Positions 8,164-17,658 of a stretch of 64,000 bases of DNA are shown here, piece by piece. Below the pieces are notes generated by a model, which saw nothing but the letters and a program-made list of their open reading frames with translations, made no database searches and was not told the origin of the DNA. How positions within the stretch are numbered: the first letter of the stretch is position 1; the number at the start of each line of letters is the position of its first letter. The stretch is from Flavobacteriales bacterium (lineage in GTDB: Bacteria > Bacteroidota > Bacteroidia > Flavobacteriales_F > PHOS-HE28), in NCBI GenBank assembly GCA_016788485.1, contig JAEUSV010000091.1, forward strand, positions 138 to 64,137, written 5' to 3'. Both the position numbers and the translations under genes were made by a program.

Positions 8164-9447
8164 ATGAGCGAAGAACTGCGTTCCTCGGCGCCCCGGCACG
8201 AAACCCTTTCCGCGGACGTCTGCATCATCGGCGGCGGCCCCGGTGGTTGTGCAGCGGCCCTGCAGCTCGCCCGGCACGGCGTGCGCACCCTGCTCGTTGA
8301 GAAGGCCACCTTCCCCCGCGACAAGGTGTGCGGCGATGCCCTCAGCGGCAAGGTGATGCGCACCCTCGAGCGCATCGATCCCGCGCTCGCCCAACGCGTG
8401 AACGCCGATGCGCGCCGCATGCCCAGCTGGGGCGTCACCTTCGTGGCCCCCGGTGGCCAGGCCCTGCGCGTGCCCTTCACGCGCGACACCGGCGTGGGCG
8501 AGGCCCCCGGCGCGATCCTGCCCCGCCTGGCCTTCGATGCCCTGCTCTTCGACGCCGTGAAGCGCAACGGCGCCGTGCAGGTGCTTGAGGCGACCGCGGC
8601 GAAACAGTACACCCGAACGCCCGATGGCTGGACGGTGGCGCTCGAAGATGGACGTACCGTGCGATGCAGGCTCGTGCTGGCAGCCGACGGGGCCAACTCG
8701 CACTTCGCGCGCCACGTGGCCGGGCTGCCCATGGAACCGCGCCACCACGCCGCCGGAGTGCGCGCCTACTACCGCGGCATCACCGGCCTCGACCCGCAGG
8801 GCTTCATCGAGCTGCACTTCCTCAAGGAGCTGCTGCCCGGCTACCTGTGGATCTTCCCCCTGCCCGACGGGCGCGCCAACGTGGGCCTGGGTCTGCGCGG
8901 CGACCGCGTGCGCGAACGCAAGCTCGACCTCAAGGCCGAGCTGCACCGCCTGGTGGCCACGCACCCCACGCTCAAGGACCGCTTCGCGAACGCCCAGCTC
9001 GAAGGACCGGTGCTGGGCATGGGATTGCCGCTGGGCAGCAAGCGCCATCCGCTCAGCGGTGATGGCTATCTCCTCATCGGTGATGCCGGCCACCTCATCG
9101 ACCCCTTCACCGGCGAAGGCATCAGCCACGCCATGATCAGCGGGGTGCACGCGGCCGACGTGGTGCACGAGGCGCTGCGCGAGGGGCGCACCGACGCGGC
9201 CTTCCTGAAGGCCTACGACGGGCGCGTGTGGAAACGGCTGGGCCAGGAGCTCGCGATCAGCACGCGGCTGCAGGACCTCGCCCACCAGGCCTGGCTCTTC
9301 GACTTCGTGGTGAAGCGCGCCAACCGCAACCCCGCGCTGGCCGACACCATCAGCAGCATGTTCACCGACCTCGACCTGCGCGCGCGCCTGAAACAGCCCG
9401 GCTTCTACATGGACCTGGTGCTGGGCCGCGGGTTGAAGCGGAACTAG
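8164..9447 (+). CDS. geranylgeranyl-reductase-family FAD-dependent oxidoreductase
   Basis: It has the DVCIIGGGPGGCAAA dinucleotide-binding motif, KVCGDALS, and LLIGDAGHLIDPFTGEGI. The start was taken at the internal ATG. Confidence 0.85.
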   Translation: MSEELRSSAPRHETLSADVCIIGGGPGGCAAALQLARHGVRTLLVEKATFPRDKVCGDALSGKVMRTLERIDPALAQRVNADARRMPSWGVTFVAPGGQALRVPFTRDTGVGEAPGAILPRLAFDALLFDAVKRNGAVQVLEATAAKQYTRTPDGWTVALEDGRTVRCRLVLAADGANSHFARHVAGLPMEPRHHAAGVRAYYRGITGLDPQGFIELHFLKELLPGYLWIFPLPDGRANVGLGLRGDRVRERKLDLKAELHRLVATHPTLKDRFANAQLEGPVLGMGLPLGSKRHPLSGDGYLLIGDAGHLIDPFTGEGISHAMISGVHAADVVHEALREGRTDAAFLKAYDGRVWKRLGQELAISTRLQDLAHQAWLFDFVVKRANRNPALADTISSMFTDLDLRARLKQPGFYMDLVLGRGLKRN

Positions 9448-9965
9448 GCCGCCTGCTTTCTCCGCCACACCATCACGGTCACGGCCAGGCACAGCCCAAG
9501 CGCTCCGCCAGCATAACTGAAGTTGTGCATGCTGCCCACGGCCAGGAAAGCGTGCGGGTCCTCCAAGCCCGGGGGTAGATACCAGCCGTTGGGCACCGTG
9601 TCGAGGAGGTACCAGCCGTAGGCAAGGCCGAGCAAGGCACATACCGCGGCCGTGCCCAAGGTGATCATGGTGGCACGCACGATCTCCTTGCGCATGCGCT
9701 CAGTGTCCTTGAACACAAGGCCCAGCGGCACCAGGAACAGCGCGATCAGCGCCCCCACCCACCACGTGGCCAGGAAGCCGATCACTGCAACGGTGGGCCG
9801 GTGTCCGCCGAACCACTGCGGCTCAAATCCGAACTGGTCGTACTTGAAGCGTGTGAAATACTCAGGTGCGATGGTGAAGCTCAGTTGGTCGTGCAGCGCA
9901 CCGTAGAGGCCCGCAAGGAGAGGAAGAGCCACCAGTCCGACCAACACGGTAATGATGCGTGCCAT
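9444..9965 (-). CDS. hypothetical integral membrane protein
   Basis: 173 aa with four or more hydrophobic segments. No family recognised. Confidence 0.55.
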   Translation of the reverse strand: MARIITVLVGLVALPLLAGLYGALHDQLSFTIAPEYFTRFKYDQFGFEPQWFGGHRPTVAVIGFLATWWVGALIALFLVPLGLVFKDTERMRKEIVRATMITLGTAAVCALLGLAYGWYLLDTVPNGWYLPPGLEDPHAFLAVGSMHNFSYAGGALGLCLAVTVMVWRRKQAA

Positions 9966-9974
9966 CGCTCTAAT

Positions 9975-10352
9975 TCACTTCACACGCACCACCAGCCCGT
10001 TGCCCAGGAGGTAGCGCCGCTTCACCTTCAGTGTTCCGATGGAGTGGTCGCATTGCACCGTCGTCACGTCGCGATCGCTCTCGAATGCCGCTCCGACCAT
10101 TCGGCCGGTACTGTCACGCATATCGCTGGGTCGGTCCCAAGCGCCAAAGCCATAGAGGATGTTCCGCTCCTGACCCGGACCGACCTGTAGCACCAGGGTG
10201 TCACCGGATGCGTCGGCCACCGGTTCCACCACCACGGTGAACGGTTCGTTGGAACGGTTCTCGACCAACAGCTGCTTCATCGGGTCGCAAGAGGACTGCA
10301 TCGCCCAAAGAAGAGCTGCACCTGTCAGCAAGGTGGGGCCACCAGCGCCCAT
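9975..10352 (-). CDS. hypothetical lipoprotein
   Basis: The internal ATG gives MGAGGPTLLTGAALLWAMQSSC. The longer ORF-track version would overlap the 3' end of pyk. Confidence 0.45.
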   Translation of the reverse strand: MGAGGPTLLTGAALLWAMQSSCDPMKQLLVENRSNEPFTVVVEPVADASGDTLVLQVGPGQERNILYGFGAWDRPSDMRDSTGRMVGAAFESDRDVTTVQCDHSIGTLKVKRRYLLGNGLVVRVK

Positions 10353-10366
10353 CAGGAGGCCAGGGC

Positions 10367-11788
10367 CTAGGCCGGGCTCAGCTTCAGCATGTTGGCCATG
10401 CCCTTCTCGGCGATGGGCATGCTGGCGATGTTGATCACCAGATCTCCCTTCTGCACGTGGTTGCGCTTGCGCAGCAGGTGCTTGATGTCGGCGATGGTGT
10501 GGTCGGTGCTCACCGTCTTGTCGTAGTAGTGCGCGCGGACGCCCCACACCAGGTTGAGCATGCACAGGATGTCGGGGTTGCTCGTGAAGGCGTAGATGTT
10601 CGCCTTCGGGCGCATGCTGCTGATCTTGAAAGCCGTGTAGCCACTGTGCGTCATCGTCACGATCGCCTTCACGGGCATGGCCTCGGTCATGCGCACTGCG
10701 GCGATGCTGATCGCGTCGCTCACGGTGCGCTCGTTGCTCTCCAGCGGCGGGTTGGGCACGTTGTACATGCCTTCGGCCGTCTCCATCTCCATCAGGATCC
10801 GGTTCATGGCCTTCACCACCTCCACCGGATGCTTGCCCACGCTGGTCTCGGCGCTCAGCATCACCGCATCGGCGTGGTCGAGCACGGCGTTGGCCACGTC
10901 GTTCACCTCGGCGCGGGTGGGCGTGATGTTGGTGATCATGCTCTCCATCATCTGGGTGGCCACGATCACCGGCCGGTGCATCGAGAGGCAGCGGCGCACG
11001 ATGTCCTTCTGCACCAGCGGCACCTTCTCCATGGGTATCTCCACGCCCAGGTCGCCGCGGGCCACCATCAGGGCGTCGGCCTCGCGGATGATGTCATCGA
11101 TCTCCAGCAGCGCCTCGGGCTTCTCGATCTTGGCGATCACGCGGGCGTGCTTGTCCTGTGCGCGGATGATGTGCTTGAGCTCGATGATGTCGCGGGCGCT
11201 GCGCACGAAGCTCAGGCCCACCCAGTCCACGTTCTGCTCCAGCGCGAAATCGAGGTCCTTCAGGTCCTTGTCCGTGAGGCACGGAAGGCTCACCTTGGTG
11301 TTGGGCAGGTTGAGGCCCTTGTTGGCGCTGAGCGGCCCCCCGTTGATCACGCGGGTGGTGACGCGCGAGCGGCCATCGGTGGCCACCACCTCCAGGCGGA
11401 TCTTGCCATCGTCCAGCAGCGCGATCTCGCCGGGCTTCACGTCCTGCGGGAACTGCGTGTAGGTGGTGCTCACCAGGCCGGGGCGGCCCTTCACGGGCTC
11501 GGTGGTGATCACCAGCTCGCTGCCGTCGGCCAGGTCGATGGGGCCGTTCTCCATCGCGCCCACGCGCAGCTTGGGGCCCTGCAGGTCGGCGAGGATGGCG
11601 GTGTTGAGCCCGAGCTCCTCGTTGAGCCGGCGGATGTTGGCGATGAGCTCGATGTAGAACTCGTAGGAGCCGTGGCTGAAGTTCAAGCGGGCCACGTCCA
11701 TGCCCGCGCGCATGAGCTCGCGCAGCACGTCGATGGGGGCGCTGGCCGGCCCGATGGTGGCCACGATCTTGGTCTTGGTATCGTTCAT
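10367..11788 (-). CDS. pyk: pyruvate kinase
   Basis: Motifs: KTKIVATIGPAS, ARLNFSHG, GPKLR, MVARGDLGVEIP, ATQMLESM. Confidence 0.95.
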   Translation of the reverse strand: MNDTKTKIVATIGPASAPIDVLRELMRAGMDVARLNFSHGSYEFYIELIANIRRLNEELGLNTAILADLQGPKLRVGAMENGPIDLADGSELVITTEPVKGRPGLVSTTYTQFPQDVKPGEIALLDDGKIRLEVVATDGRSRVTTRVINGGPLSANKGLNLPNTKVSLPCLTDKDLKDLDFALEQNVDWVGLSFVRSARDIIELKHIIRAQDKHARVIAKIEKPEALLEIDDIIREADALMVARGDLGVEIPMEKVPLVQKDIVRRCLSMHRPVIVATQMMESMITNITPTRAEVNDVANAVLDHADAVMLSAETSVGKHPVEVVKAMNRILMEMETAEGMYNVPNPPLESNERTVSDAISIAAVRMTEAMPVKAIVTMTHSGYTAFKISSMRPKANIYAFTSNPDILCMLNLVWGVRAHYYDKTVSTDHTIADIKHLLRKRNHVQKGDLVINIASMPIAEKGMANMLKLSPA

Positions 11789-11823
11789 GGGAGGTTGCCG
11801 GATGACCGGCGGAAGCACGTTGT

Positions 11824-12267
11824 CTATTGAAGCAGTTTATGGCCCGTGCGCAGGTCCTGGTAGGCCAGCGGAAAGGCGGTGAGCACGAACTCGCTCCCCC
11901 GCACCTGCTGCAGGAGGTCGGCGGCGCTGATGGGGGCTTGTTCGTCCACCACGAGGAAGAAGTCGGCCTGGCGCTGCTCCTTCACCAGGACACCGTCGTC
12001 GCCGTGGTTGTTCACCAGGGTCCAGCGTACGTTGTGGATGTCGTCCACATGCTCGAACACGGCGAAGTGGAGCTCCTTGCGCGGCCCGGGCTCGATGATG
12101 TCGTTCCTGCGGCGCGCCAGGTTGATGCCCAGCGACCGGTTCAACGACCAGCAGAGCCGGTAGTCGTTGACATGGCTGCTGATGCCCACGAGCATCACCT
12201 CGGGGTCCACGGGTTCCTCCAATCGGTACTTGGCCACGGGTTCCTTCCTGCGGTCGGTCGTGGCCAA
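11824..12267 (-). CDS. IPExxxVDY family protein
   Basis: It has the N-terminal KYRLEEPVDPEV...GISSHVNDYRLCWSLN signature of this Bacteroidota-specific family. Confidence 0.8.
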   Translation of the reverse strand: MATTDRRKEPVAKYRLEEPVDPEVMLVGISSHVNDYRLCWSLNRSLGINLARRRNDIIEPGPRKELHFAVFEHVDDIHNVRWTLVNNHGDDGVLVKEQRQADFFLVVDEQAPISAADLLQQVRGSEFVLTAFPLAYQDLRTGHKLLQ

Positions 12268-12294
12268 AGGTAGCGCCGCACGGTGGCGGACGGT

Positions 12295-13230
12295 TCAGGC
12301 CTCCTGGCCTGCGGGCGCATCATCGCCGGGAGCGGGTCCCTGGCCGCCCTCGTTGCGCGGCTGGCGGTCGCGGCCGTCGCGGCGTGGGCGGCGCTCCGGG
12401 TCGGAACCTGCGCGGCCCTCCCTGCGCTCGGCATTGCGGTCGTTCGGGCGCCGTGCCTCGCGCGGCTTCTCGCGCTTGGGCTGGTCGGGACGCCCCCCTT
12501 CACGGGCATGATGCCCCTCGCGGTGACGCATGGCCCGGAAGGCGCTCTGTGCGGCCTCCTGCTCGGCTTTCTTCTTGCTCTGGCCACGCCCCGTACCGCG
12601 CACATCCCCGTCCACCTTCACTTCGCACAGGTACGTCTTTCCGCGGCCGCCGCGGGCGTTCTCCTCGCTGATGTGGAACTCCACCTTGCGCCGCTTCTTC
12701 TGCCCCCACTCCAACAGGCGGCTCTTGCTGTCGCGGTCCTCCTGCTCGATGGTCTTGAGGTCGAAGTGCTGGTCCAGCAGGTTCACCACGGCCTTGCGCG
12801 TCTTCTCGAAGCCCTTGTCCAGGAACAGCGCGCCGATCACGGCCTCTAGGGCGTTGCCGGGCACACTTGTCTCCTGGTGGCTGCCCAGCTTGCTCTCCAT
12901 CACCCGCTCGATCTCCACCTTGCGGGCCAGGATGTTGAGCTGGTGCCGGCTCACGAGCATGCTGCGCATGCGGGTGAGGAAGCCCTCGCCCTGATCGGGG
13001 TAGCGGGTGAAGAGCAGCTCACCGATGATGGCATCGAGCACCGCATCGCCCAGGAACTCCAGGCGCTCGTTGTTCGGCAGCTCGGGGCCGTCGTCGGCGT
13101 TGGCGCTGCTGTGGCGCAGGGCCTGGCGCCAGAGGGGCAGGTTGCGCGGGGTGAGGCCGAAGGTCTTGCGGCACCACGCACGGATGCGCCGCTCCTCGGC
13201 GGTCGCGCGGCTGAACAATCGGGCTAGCAC
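12295..13230 (-). CDS. rnc: ribonuclease III with a 77-aa Arg/Glu/Pro/Asp/Gly-rich C-terminal tail
   Basis: It has the RNase III signature NERLEFLGDAVLD and a dsRBD (KSRLLEW...EQEAAQSAF). A low-complexity tail follows, encoded at 12295..12528. Confidence 0.9.
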   Translation of the reverse strand: MLARLFSRATAEERRIRAWCRKTFGLTPRNLPLWRQALRHSSANADDGPELPNNERLEFLGDAVLDAIIGELLFTRYPDQGEGFLTRMRSMLVSRHQLNILARKVEIERVMESKLGSHQETSVPGNALEAVIGALFLDKGFEKTRKAVVNLLDQHFDLKTIEQEDRDSKSRLLEWGQKKRRKVEFHISEENARGGRGKTYLCEVKVDGDVRGTGRGQSKKKAEQEAAQSAFRAMRHREGHHAREGGRPDQPKREKPREARRPNDRNAERREGRAGSDPERRPRRDGRDRQPRNEGGQGPAPGDDAPAGQEA

Positions 13231-13236
13231 GCGGGC

Positions 13237-14487
13237 TTAGCGGTACTTGCGGAAGATCACCGCGGTGTTGTGGCCGCCGAAGCCGAACGTGTTGCTCATG
13301 GCGGCGTTCACCGTGCGCTGTTGCGCCTTGTTGAACGTGAAGTTCAGGCGGGGGTCGATCTCGGGATCGTCCGTGAAATGGTTGATGGTCGGCGGAACCG
13401 TGTCCGTATGCACGGCCATGATCGCGGCCACGCCCTCCACCGCGCCCGCACCCCCGAGCAGGTGCCCGGTCATGCTCTTGGTGGCGCTGATGTTGAGCTT
13501 GTAGGCGTGCTCACCGAACAGGCGCTGGATGGCCTTCACCTCCTGCGGGTCACCGATGGGGGTGCTGGTGCCGTGCGTGTTGATGTAGTCGATGTCCGCG
13601 GGCGAAAGGCCGGCATCGTGCAGCGCGTACTTCATGCACAGCTCGGCCCCCAGTCCTTCGGGGTGCGGAGCGGTGATGTGGTAGGCGTCGCTGCTCATGC
13701 CCCCACCGATCACTTCGGCGTAGATCTTGGCGCCGCGGGCCAGGGCATGCTCCAGGTCCTCGAGGACGATGGCAGCGCCCCCTTCACCCAGCACGAAACC
13801 GTCGCGGTCCTTGTCGTACGGACGGGAGGCGGTGGCCGGGTCGTCGTTGCGCGTGCTCATGGCGTGGAGCGCGTTGAACCCGCCCACACCGGCCTCGTAG
13901 ATCGCGGCCTCGCTGCCCCCGGTCACCACGGCCGGGCAGATGCCGAGCCGGATGTAGTTGAAGGCGTCGATGAGCGCGTTGTTGCTGCTGGCGCAGGCGC
14001 TGGCGGTGACGTAGCTGGGGCCCCGCAGGGTGTGCTTCATGCTGATCAACCCCGCCGCGCTGTCCGCGATCATCTTCGGGATGAAGAAGGGGTTGAACCG
14101 CGGGGTGCCATCACCCCGGCCGAAGTTCATGCACTCGTCCTGGAAGGTCTTCAGCCCGCCGATCCCGCTGCCCCAGATCACCCCCACACGGTCGCGCTCC
14201 AGCTTGTCGGACAACAGCCCGCTGTCGGCGATGGCCTCGTCGGCGCACACCAGGGCGAACTGCGCATAGGGGTCCGTCTTGCGGGCCTCCTTGCGGTCCA
14301 TGAAGTCCTCGGGGTTGAACCCCTTGACCTCACAGGCGAACTGGGTCTTGAACTTGGAAGCGTCGAAGCGCGTAATGGGCGCAGCACCGCTACGGCCGCT
14401 CACCAGCCCCTCCCAGTACTCCTTGAGGGTGTTCCCGAGGGGAGTGAGCGCGCCCAGACCGGTGACGACCACTCGTCTGAGCTGCAT
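13237..14487 (-). CDS. fabF: beta-ketoacyl-ACP synthase II
   Basis: RVVVTGLG, active-site ACASS, HGTSTP.GD, GHLLGGAG, and a GFGGHN C-terminus. Confidence 0.95.
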   Translation of the reverse strand: MQLRRVVVTGLGALTPLGNTLKEYWEGLVSGRSGAAPITRFDASKFKTQFACEVKGFNPEDFMDRKEARKTDPYAQFALVCADEAIADSGLLSDKLERDRVGVIWGSGIGGLKTFQDECMNFGRGDGTPRFNPFFIPKMIADSAAGLISMKHTLRGPSYVTASACASSNNALIDAFNYIRLGICPAVVTGGSEAAIYEAGVGGFNALHAMSTRNDDPATASRPYDKDRDGFVLGEGGAAIVLEDLEHALARGAKIYAEVIGGGMSSDAYHITAPHPEGLGAELCMKYALHDAGLSPADIDYINTHGTSTPIGDPQEVKAIQRLFGEHAYKLNISATKSMTGHLLGGAGAVEGVAAIMAVHTDTVPPTINHFTDDPEIDPRLNFTFNKAQQRTVNAAMSNTFGFGGHNTAVIFRKYR

Positions 14488-14498
14488 GCGGCGCTAGA

Positions 14499-14735
14499 TC
14501 ACTTCGCGTTCTTCTCCACGTAGTCGATGGCCTGACCCACGGTCTGGATCTTCTCGGCCTGATCGTCAGGGATCGCGATGTTGAACTCCTTCTCGAACTC
14601 CATGATGAGCTCGACGGTATCGAGGCTGTCAGCGCCAAGGTCGTTGGTAAAGCTCGCTTCCGGCGTGACCTCGCCCTGATCGACCCCGAGCTTGTCCACG
14701 ATGATCGCGATGACCCTTGACTTGATGTCCGACAT
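14499..14735 (-). CDS. acpP: acyl carrier protein
   Basis: The internal ATG gives a 78-aa protein with the [14 protein letters not shown] phosphopantetheine site. Confidence 0.95.
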   Translation of the reverse strand: MSDIKSRVIAIIVDKLGVDQGEVTPEASFTNDLGADSLDTVELIMEFEKEFNIAIPDDQAEKIQTVGQAIDYVEKNAK

Positions 14736-14853
14736 GTCCGTGCGTTTTAGTTGAGGCTGCAAAGGAAGCACATTTTCCATTCGCCGAGCCGGACGCCCCG
14801 ACACCTTGTGTAACCGGTGCAGGCACAAGGACTTAGACAGCACGAAAAACAGC

Positions 14854-15999
14854 TCAGGCGCAGGCCCTGCGGTACACGGCCATGGTCTCAACGGCCATGC
14901 GGTCCCACCCGAAACGGGTGCGATTGGCCCTTCCGGCGGCGATGAGGGCCGCGCGGCGGTCGGGTCGCGTGATCAACGCATGGAGCTCCCGGGCCACCTC
15001 CGCGGGGGCCTCGCGGTCCACATAGGCCGCGCCATCGCCGCCCACCTCGCGCAGCACGGGGATGTCCGTGCACACCACAGGGATGTCCATGGCCTGGGCC
15101 TCCACCACCGGCAGGCCGAAGCCCTCGTACCGCGTGAGGAAGAGGAAGAGGTCCGCGCCGCGGTAGATGTCGGCCACGGTCTTGGCCTGGCCGTAAGGCC
15201 GGATCTCCACCGCGCCCTGCAGCACGCCCAGTTGGATCCGCTCCTGCAGCGCGTGGAAATACGTGTGGTCGTTGTTGAAGCCGTGCATCACCAGGCGGGC
15301 CTTGCCGCGAAGTTCCGGATGCTCGTTCAGCAACAGCTCGAAGGCGTCCACCGCGCGCTTCTGGCCCTTGTAGGGCATGAACTTGGCCACGTACAGGATG
15401 GTGAAGGGGCGGTCGCCGGCCGGTGCAGGCTCCAGGGCCTTGGGAAGGTCCACGCCGTTGTGGATGGCGATCACCTCGGCCTTGCTGGCGGGGAACCGCT
15501 GCTTCGCCTCATCGCGGATGGCGGCGCTCACGGTGATCACCGCGCGGCTCTTCGCGAAGCACACCCGGCTGATCCAGCTGAAATAGCGGCCGGCCAGGCC
15601 CAGGGGCAGACCCTCGCGCTCGTGCATGAACTCATTGTAGAAGTCATGCACAGTGGTGACGCGGCGCACCGGCAGCAGGAAAGGGGTCTCGGTGGCCAGC
15701 TTGTGCAGCGCGCGGGCGCGGTGCACCAGGCACAGCACCGGGAGCGCCACGTGGATCCACAGCAACCGCAGCAGGGTGCTGCCCCCCAGGTCGGGGAAGC
15801 GGTGCAGCGTGACGCGCTGCAAGCCCTGGAAGAAGGGGAGCTGGTCGGGGTTCACCAGGCAATGCACCGCCACATCGGGGTCATCCAGCTTGTCCAGCTC
15901 GCGCACCAAGTGCTGGGCATGGGTCCAGATGCCGCTGCCGGAGCCGCCCTTCCCGGGCCGGATCGGCACCAGGTCGATCAACACGCGGTGGCGGCTCAT
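14854..15999 (-). CDS. glycosyltransferase, GT4/group-1 family
   Basis: C-terminal [18 protein letters not shown] motif. The ATG overlaps the upstream stop (ATGA at 15996-15999). The 655-aa ORF-track version is an artefactual 5' extension. Confidence 0.85.
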   Translation of the reverse strand: MSRHRVLIDLVPIRPGKGGSGSGIWTHAQHLVRELDKLDDPDVAVHCLVNPDQLPFFQGLQRVTLHRFPDLGGSTLLRLLWIHVALPVLCLVHRARALHKLATETPFLLPVRRVTTVHDFYNEFMHEREGLPLGLAGRYFSWISRVCFAKSRAVITVSAAIRDEAKQRFPASKAEVIAIHNGVDLPKALEPAPAGDRPFTILYVAKFMPYKGQKRAVDAFELLLNEHPELRGKARLVMHGFNNDHTYFHALQERIQLGVLQGAVEIRPYGQAKTVADIYRGADLFLFLTRYEGFGLPVVEAQAMDIPVVCTDIPVLREVGGDGAAYVDREAPAEVARELHALITRPDRRAALIAAGRANRTRFGWDRMAVETMAVYRRACA

Positions 16000-16874
16000 T
16001 TCTCGTCCGGCCATTTGGTGGACACCTTCTCCACGTGGAAGCGGCGGCGCGCACCGGAGCCATCGCCTTCGTAAAGGGCGTAGTCGACCGGACCATGCGT
16101 GTAGGCGCCGTTCAGGAGCTTCTCGGTGACGCGCAGCGCGTTGAGCGGCAGGCGCAGCGCACGGGCCCAGGCCGGCGCCTCGTTGCGCAGTTGCACGGCC
16201 TCGCGCTGCGCGCCTTCGCTCCAGCTGAGGTTGCCCCCGGTGAACGCGAAGGCGCTCAGGGGCATCGCGAGCGTGCGTGTGCGCAGCCCTTTCTTCAGCA
16301 TGCGCAGCACCAGGTCGTGGTCGCCCAGGTTGCGGAAGCGGGTATCGAAGCGCAGGTCGCCCTGCCAGATGCGGCGGCGGAAGAACATGCCACAGCTGAG
16401 GTTGTACAGGTGCGAGGTGGCGATGTAGGCGTAACGGGCCGGGTAGGGCTTGCGCGCGGCGAGCAGGCTGCCGTCGGGCCGCACCAGCAGGGCGCCACCG
16501 AAGAGCACGTCGAGCTTGGGATCGGCCGCGAACACCTCGCGTACGCGCGCCAGGGTGCCCTCCAGGTATTGCTCGTCGCAGTTGAGCCAGGCCACCACCT
16601 CGCCGCTGGCGGTGTCGAAGCCCTTGTTGAGCGCGTCGTACATGCCAGCGTCCCTGCCGCTGAAGTAGCGGAACGAGGACCCGGGCACAGGCTGCGGGCG
16701 CTGGGGCTCGATGGGCGTGGCCGCCGATGCCAGCCAGGCGGGCGTGCCATCGTTGCTGCCGCCATCGGCCACGATGTGCTCCACCTCCACCCCCTGCTGG
16801 TCGGCCACGGAGGCGCGGCACCGCTTGATGTAGGCGAGCATGTTGTAGCTGGGGGTGATGACGGAGATCTGCAT
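15996..16874 (-). CDS. glycosyltransferase family 2
   Basis: ISVITPSYN...HIVADGGSNDGT N-terminus and a DxD-type CDEQY. Confidence 0.85.
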   Translation of the reverse strand: MQISVITPSYNMLAYIKRCRASVADQQGVEVEHIVADGGSNDGTPAWLASAATPIEPQRPQPVPGSSFRYFSGRDAGMYDALNKGFDTASGEVVAWLNCDEQYLEGTLARVREVFAADPKLDVLFGGALLVRPDGSLLAARKPYPARYAYIATSHLYNLSCGMFFRRRIWQGDLRFDTRFRNLGDHDLVLRMLKKGLRTRTLAMPLSAFAFTGGNLSWSEGAQREAVQLRNEAPAWARALRLPLNALRVTEKLLNGAYTHGPVDYALYEGDGSGARRRFHVEKVSTKWPDEK

Positions 16875-17007
16875 GCGCGGGTCGCGTGGAACGGCCTTGT
16901 ACGGTGGCACGAAGAAAACGGATGCATCACCCGCGCGGACCGGCCACCCACAGCCCTCTTCCAACGGGCCATGGTGGGAACTTGCCGCGTGTACCGACCT
17001 TCGCGCC

Positions 17008-17580
17008 ATGATCCGCATCGCCGTGCTCGCCTCGGGCTCGGGCTCCAACACCCAACGGCTCATCGAGCACTTCGCGCAGCACGCGCAGGCCCGCGTGGTG
17101 CTGGTGGGCTGCGACCAGCCGCAGGCCGGTGTACTGCAGCGCGCCTGGGACCTGGGTGTACCCAGCTACCTGTTCAACGGCGTGCAGCTGCGGGACGGCA
17201 CCGTGCAGCGTGAACTGCTGGGCCAGCGCATCGACCTGGTCGTGCTGGCGGGCTTCCTGCGGCTGATCCCCGCCGACCTGGTGAAGGCCTTTCCGCAGCG
17301 CATCATCAACATCCACCCGGCGCTGCTTCCGAAGTTCGGAGGAAAAGGGATGTTCGGAAGCCACGTGCATGAAGCGGTGATCGCGGCTAAGGAGAAGGAG
17401 AGCGGCATCACCATCCACTACGTGAACGAGCATTACGACGAGGGCGAACACCTGTTCCAGGCCACCTGCCCGGTGCACGCCGGCGACACCCCCGAGGCCC
17501 TGGCCGCACGCATCCACGCGCTGGAGCATGCGCACTACCCGCAAGTGGTGGAACAACTGGTGCTGGCCAATGGCCTTTAG
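17008..17580 (+). CDS. purN: phosphoribosylglycinamide formyltransferase
   Basis: IAVLASGSGSN, INIHPALLPKFGG.G, TIHYV...DEG. Confidence 0.9.
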   Translation: MIRIAVLASGSGSNTQRLIEHFAQHAQARVVLVGCDQPQAGVLQRAWDLGVPSYLFNGVQLRDGTVQRELLGQRIDLVVLAGFLRLIPADLVKAFPQRIINIHPALLPKFGGKGMFGSHVHEAVIAAKEKESGITIHYVNEHYDEGEHLFQATCPVHAGDTPEALAARIHALEHAHYPQVVEQLVLANGL

Positions 17581-17639
17581 CTACTGGCTGCTGGCCGTGC
17601 AATGCTGTGCACGGCCAGCAGCCAAAGGCCATTGGCCGG
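17565..17639 (+). terminator. 75-nt two-helix hairpin spanning the purN stop codon
   Basis: A perfect 17-bp stem (17586-17602 pairs with 17609-17625) has a 6-nt loop. A second helix of about 13 bp (17565-17579 with 17626-17639) lies across a 6-nt bulge. There is no U-tract. Confidence 0.5.
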
Positions 17640-17658
17640 TAGCGCATTCCTTTGCGCC

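Noticed and set aside
6971-9642. Very long minus-strand ORFs (6971..8143, 390 aa; 8068..9642, 524 aa) lying opposite pheS and the geranylgeranyl-reductase-family gene.
   Set aside because: Their translations are Ala/Gly/Arg/His/Val-rich low-information sequence, whereas the opposite strand encodes unmistakable conserved enzymes. They are classic stop-codon-poor shadow ORFs of GC-rich DNA.
16026-16041. CTCCACGTGGAAG, a near-match to the mnmG palindrome, plus other CCACGTGG occurrences at about 9765, 42680 and 46565.
   Set aside because: It matches only 11 of 14 positions with no shared flanks, and it lies in coding sequence that encodes ordinary FHV/HVV peptides. This is compatible with chance in GC-rich DNA.
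14854-16821. A 655-aa ORF suggesting a giant glycosyltransferase fusion.
   Set aside because: Only the last 381 codons (from the ATG at 15999) look like a GT4 enzyme. The upstream 270 codons are an out-of-frame read across the GT2 gene, which has its own clear frame and an ATGA junction.
10457-17213. Plus-strand ORFs 10457..11830 (457 aa), 13270..14523 (417 aa), 14806..16074 (422 aa) and 16035..17213 (392 aa).
   Set aside because: They are antisense to pyk, fabF and the two glycosyltransferase genes. They are H/A/G/V/L/R-rich with no motifs. The same shadow-ORF explanation applies.
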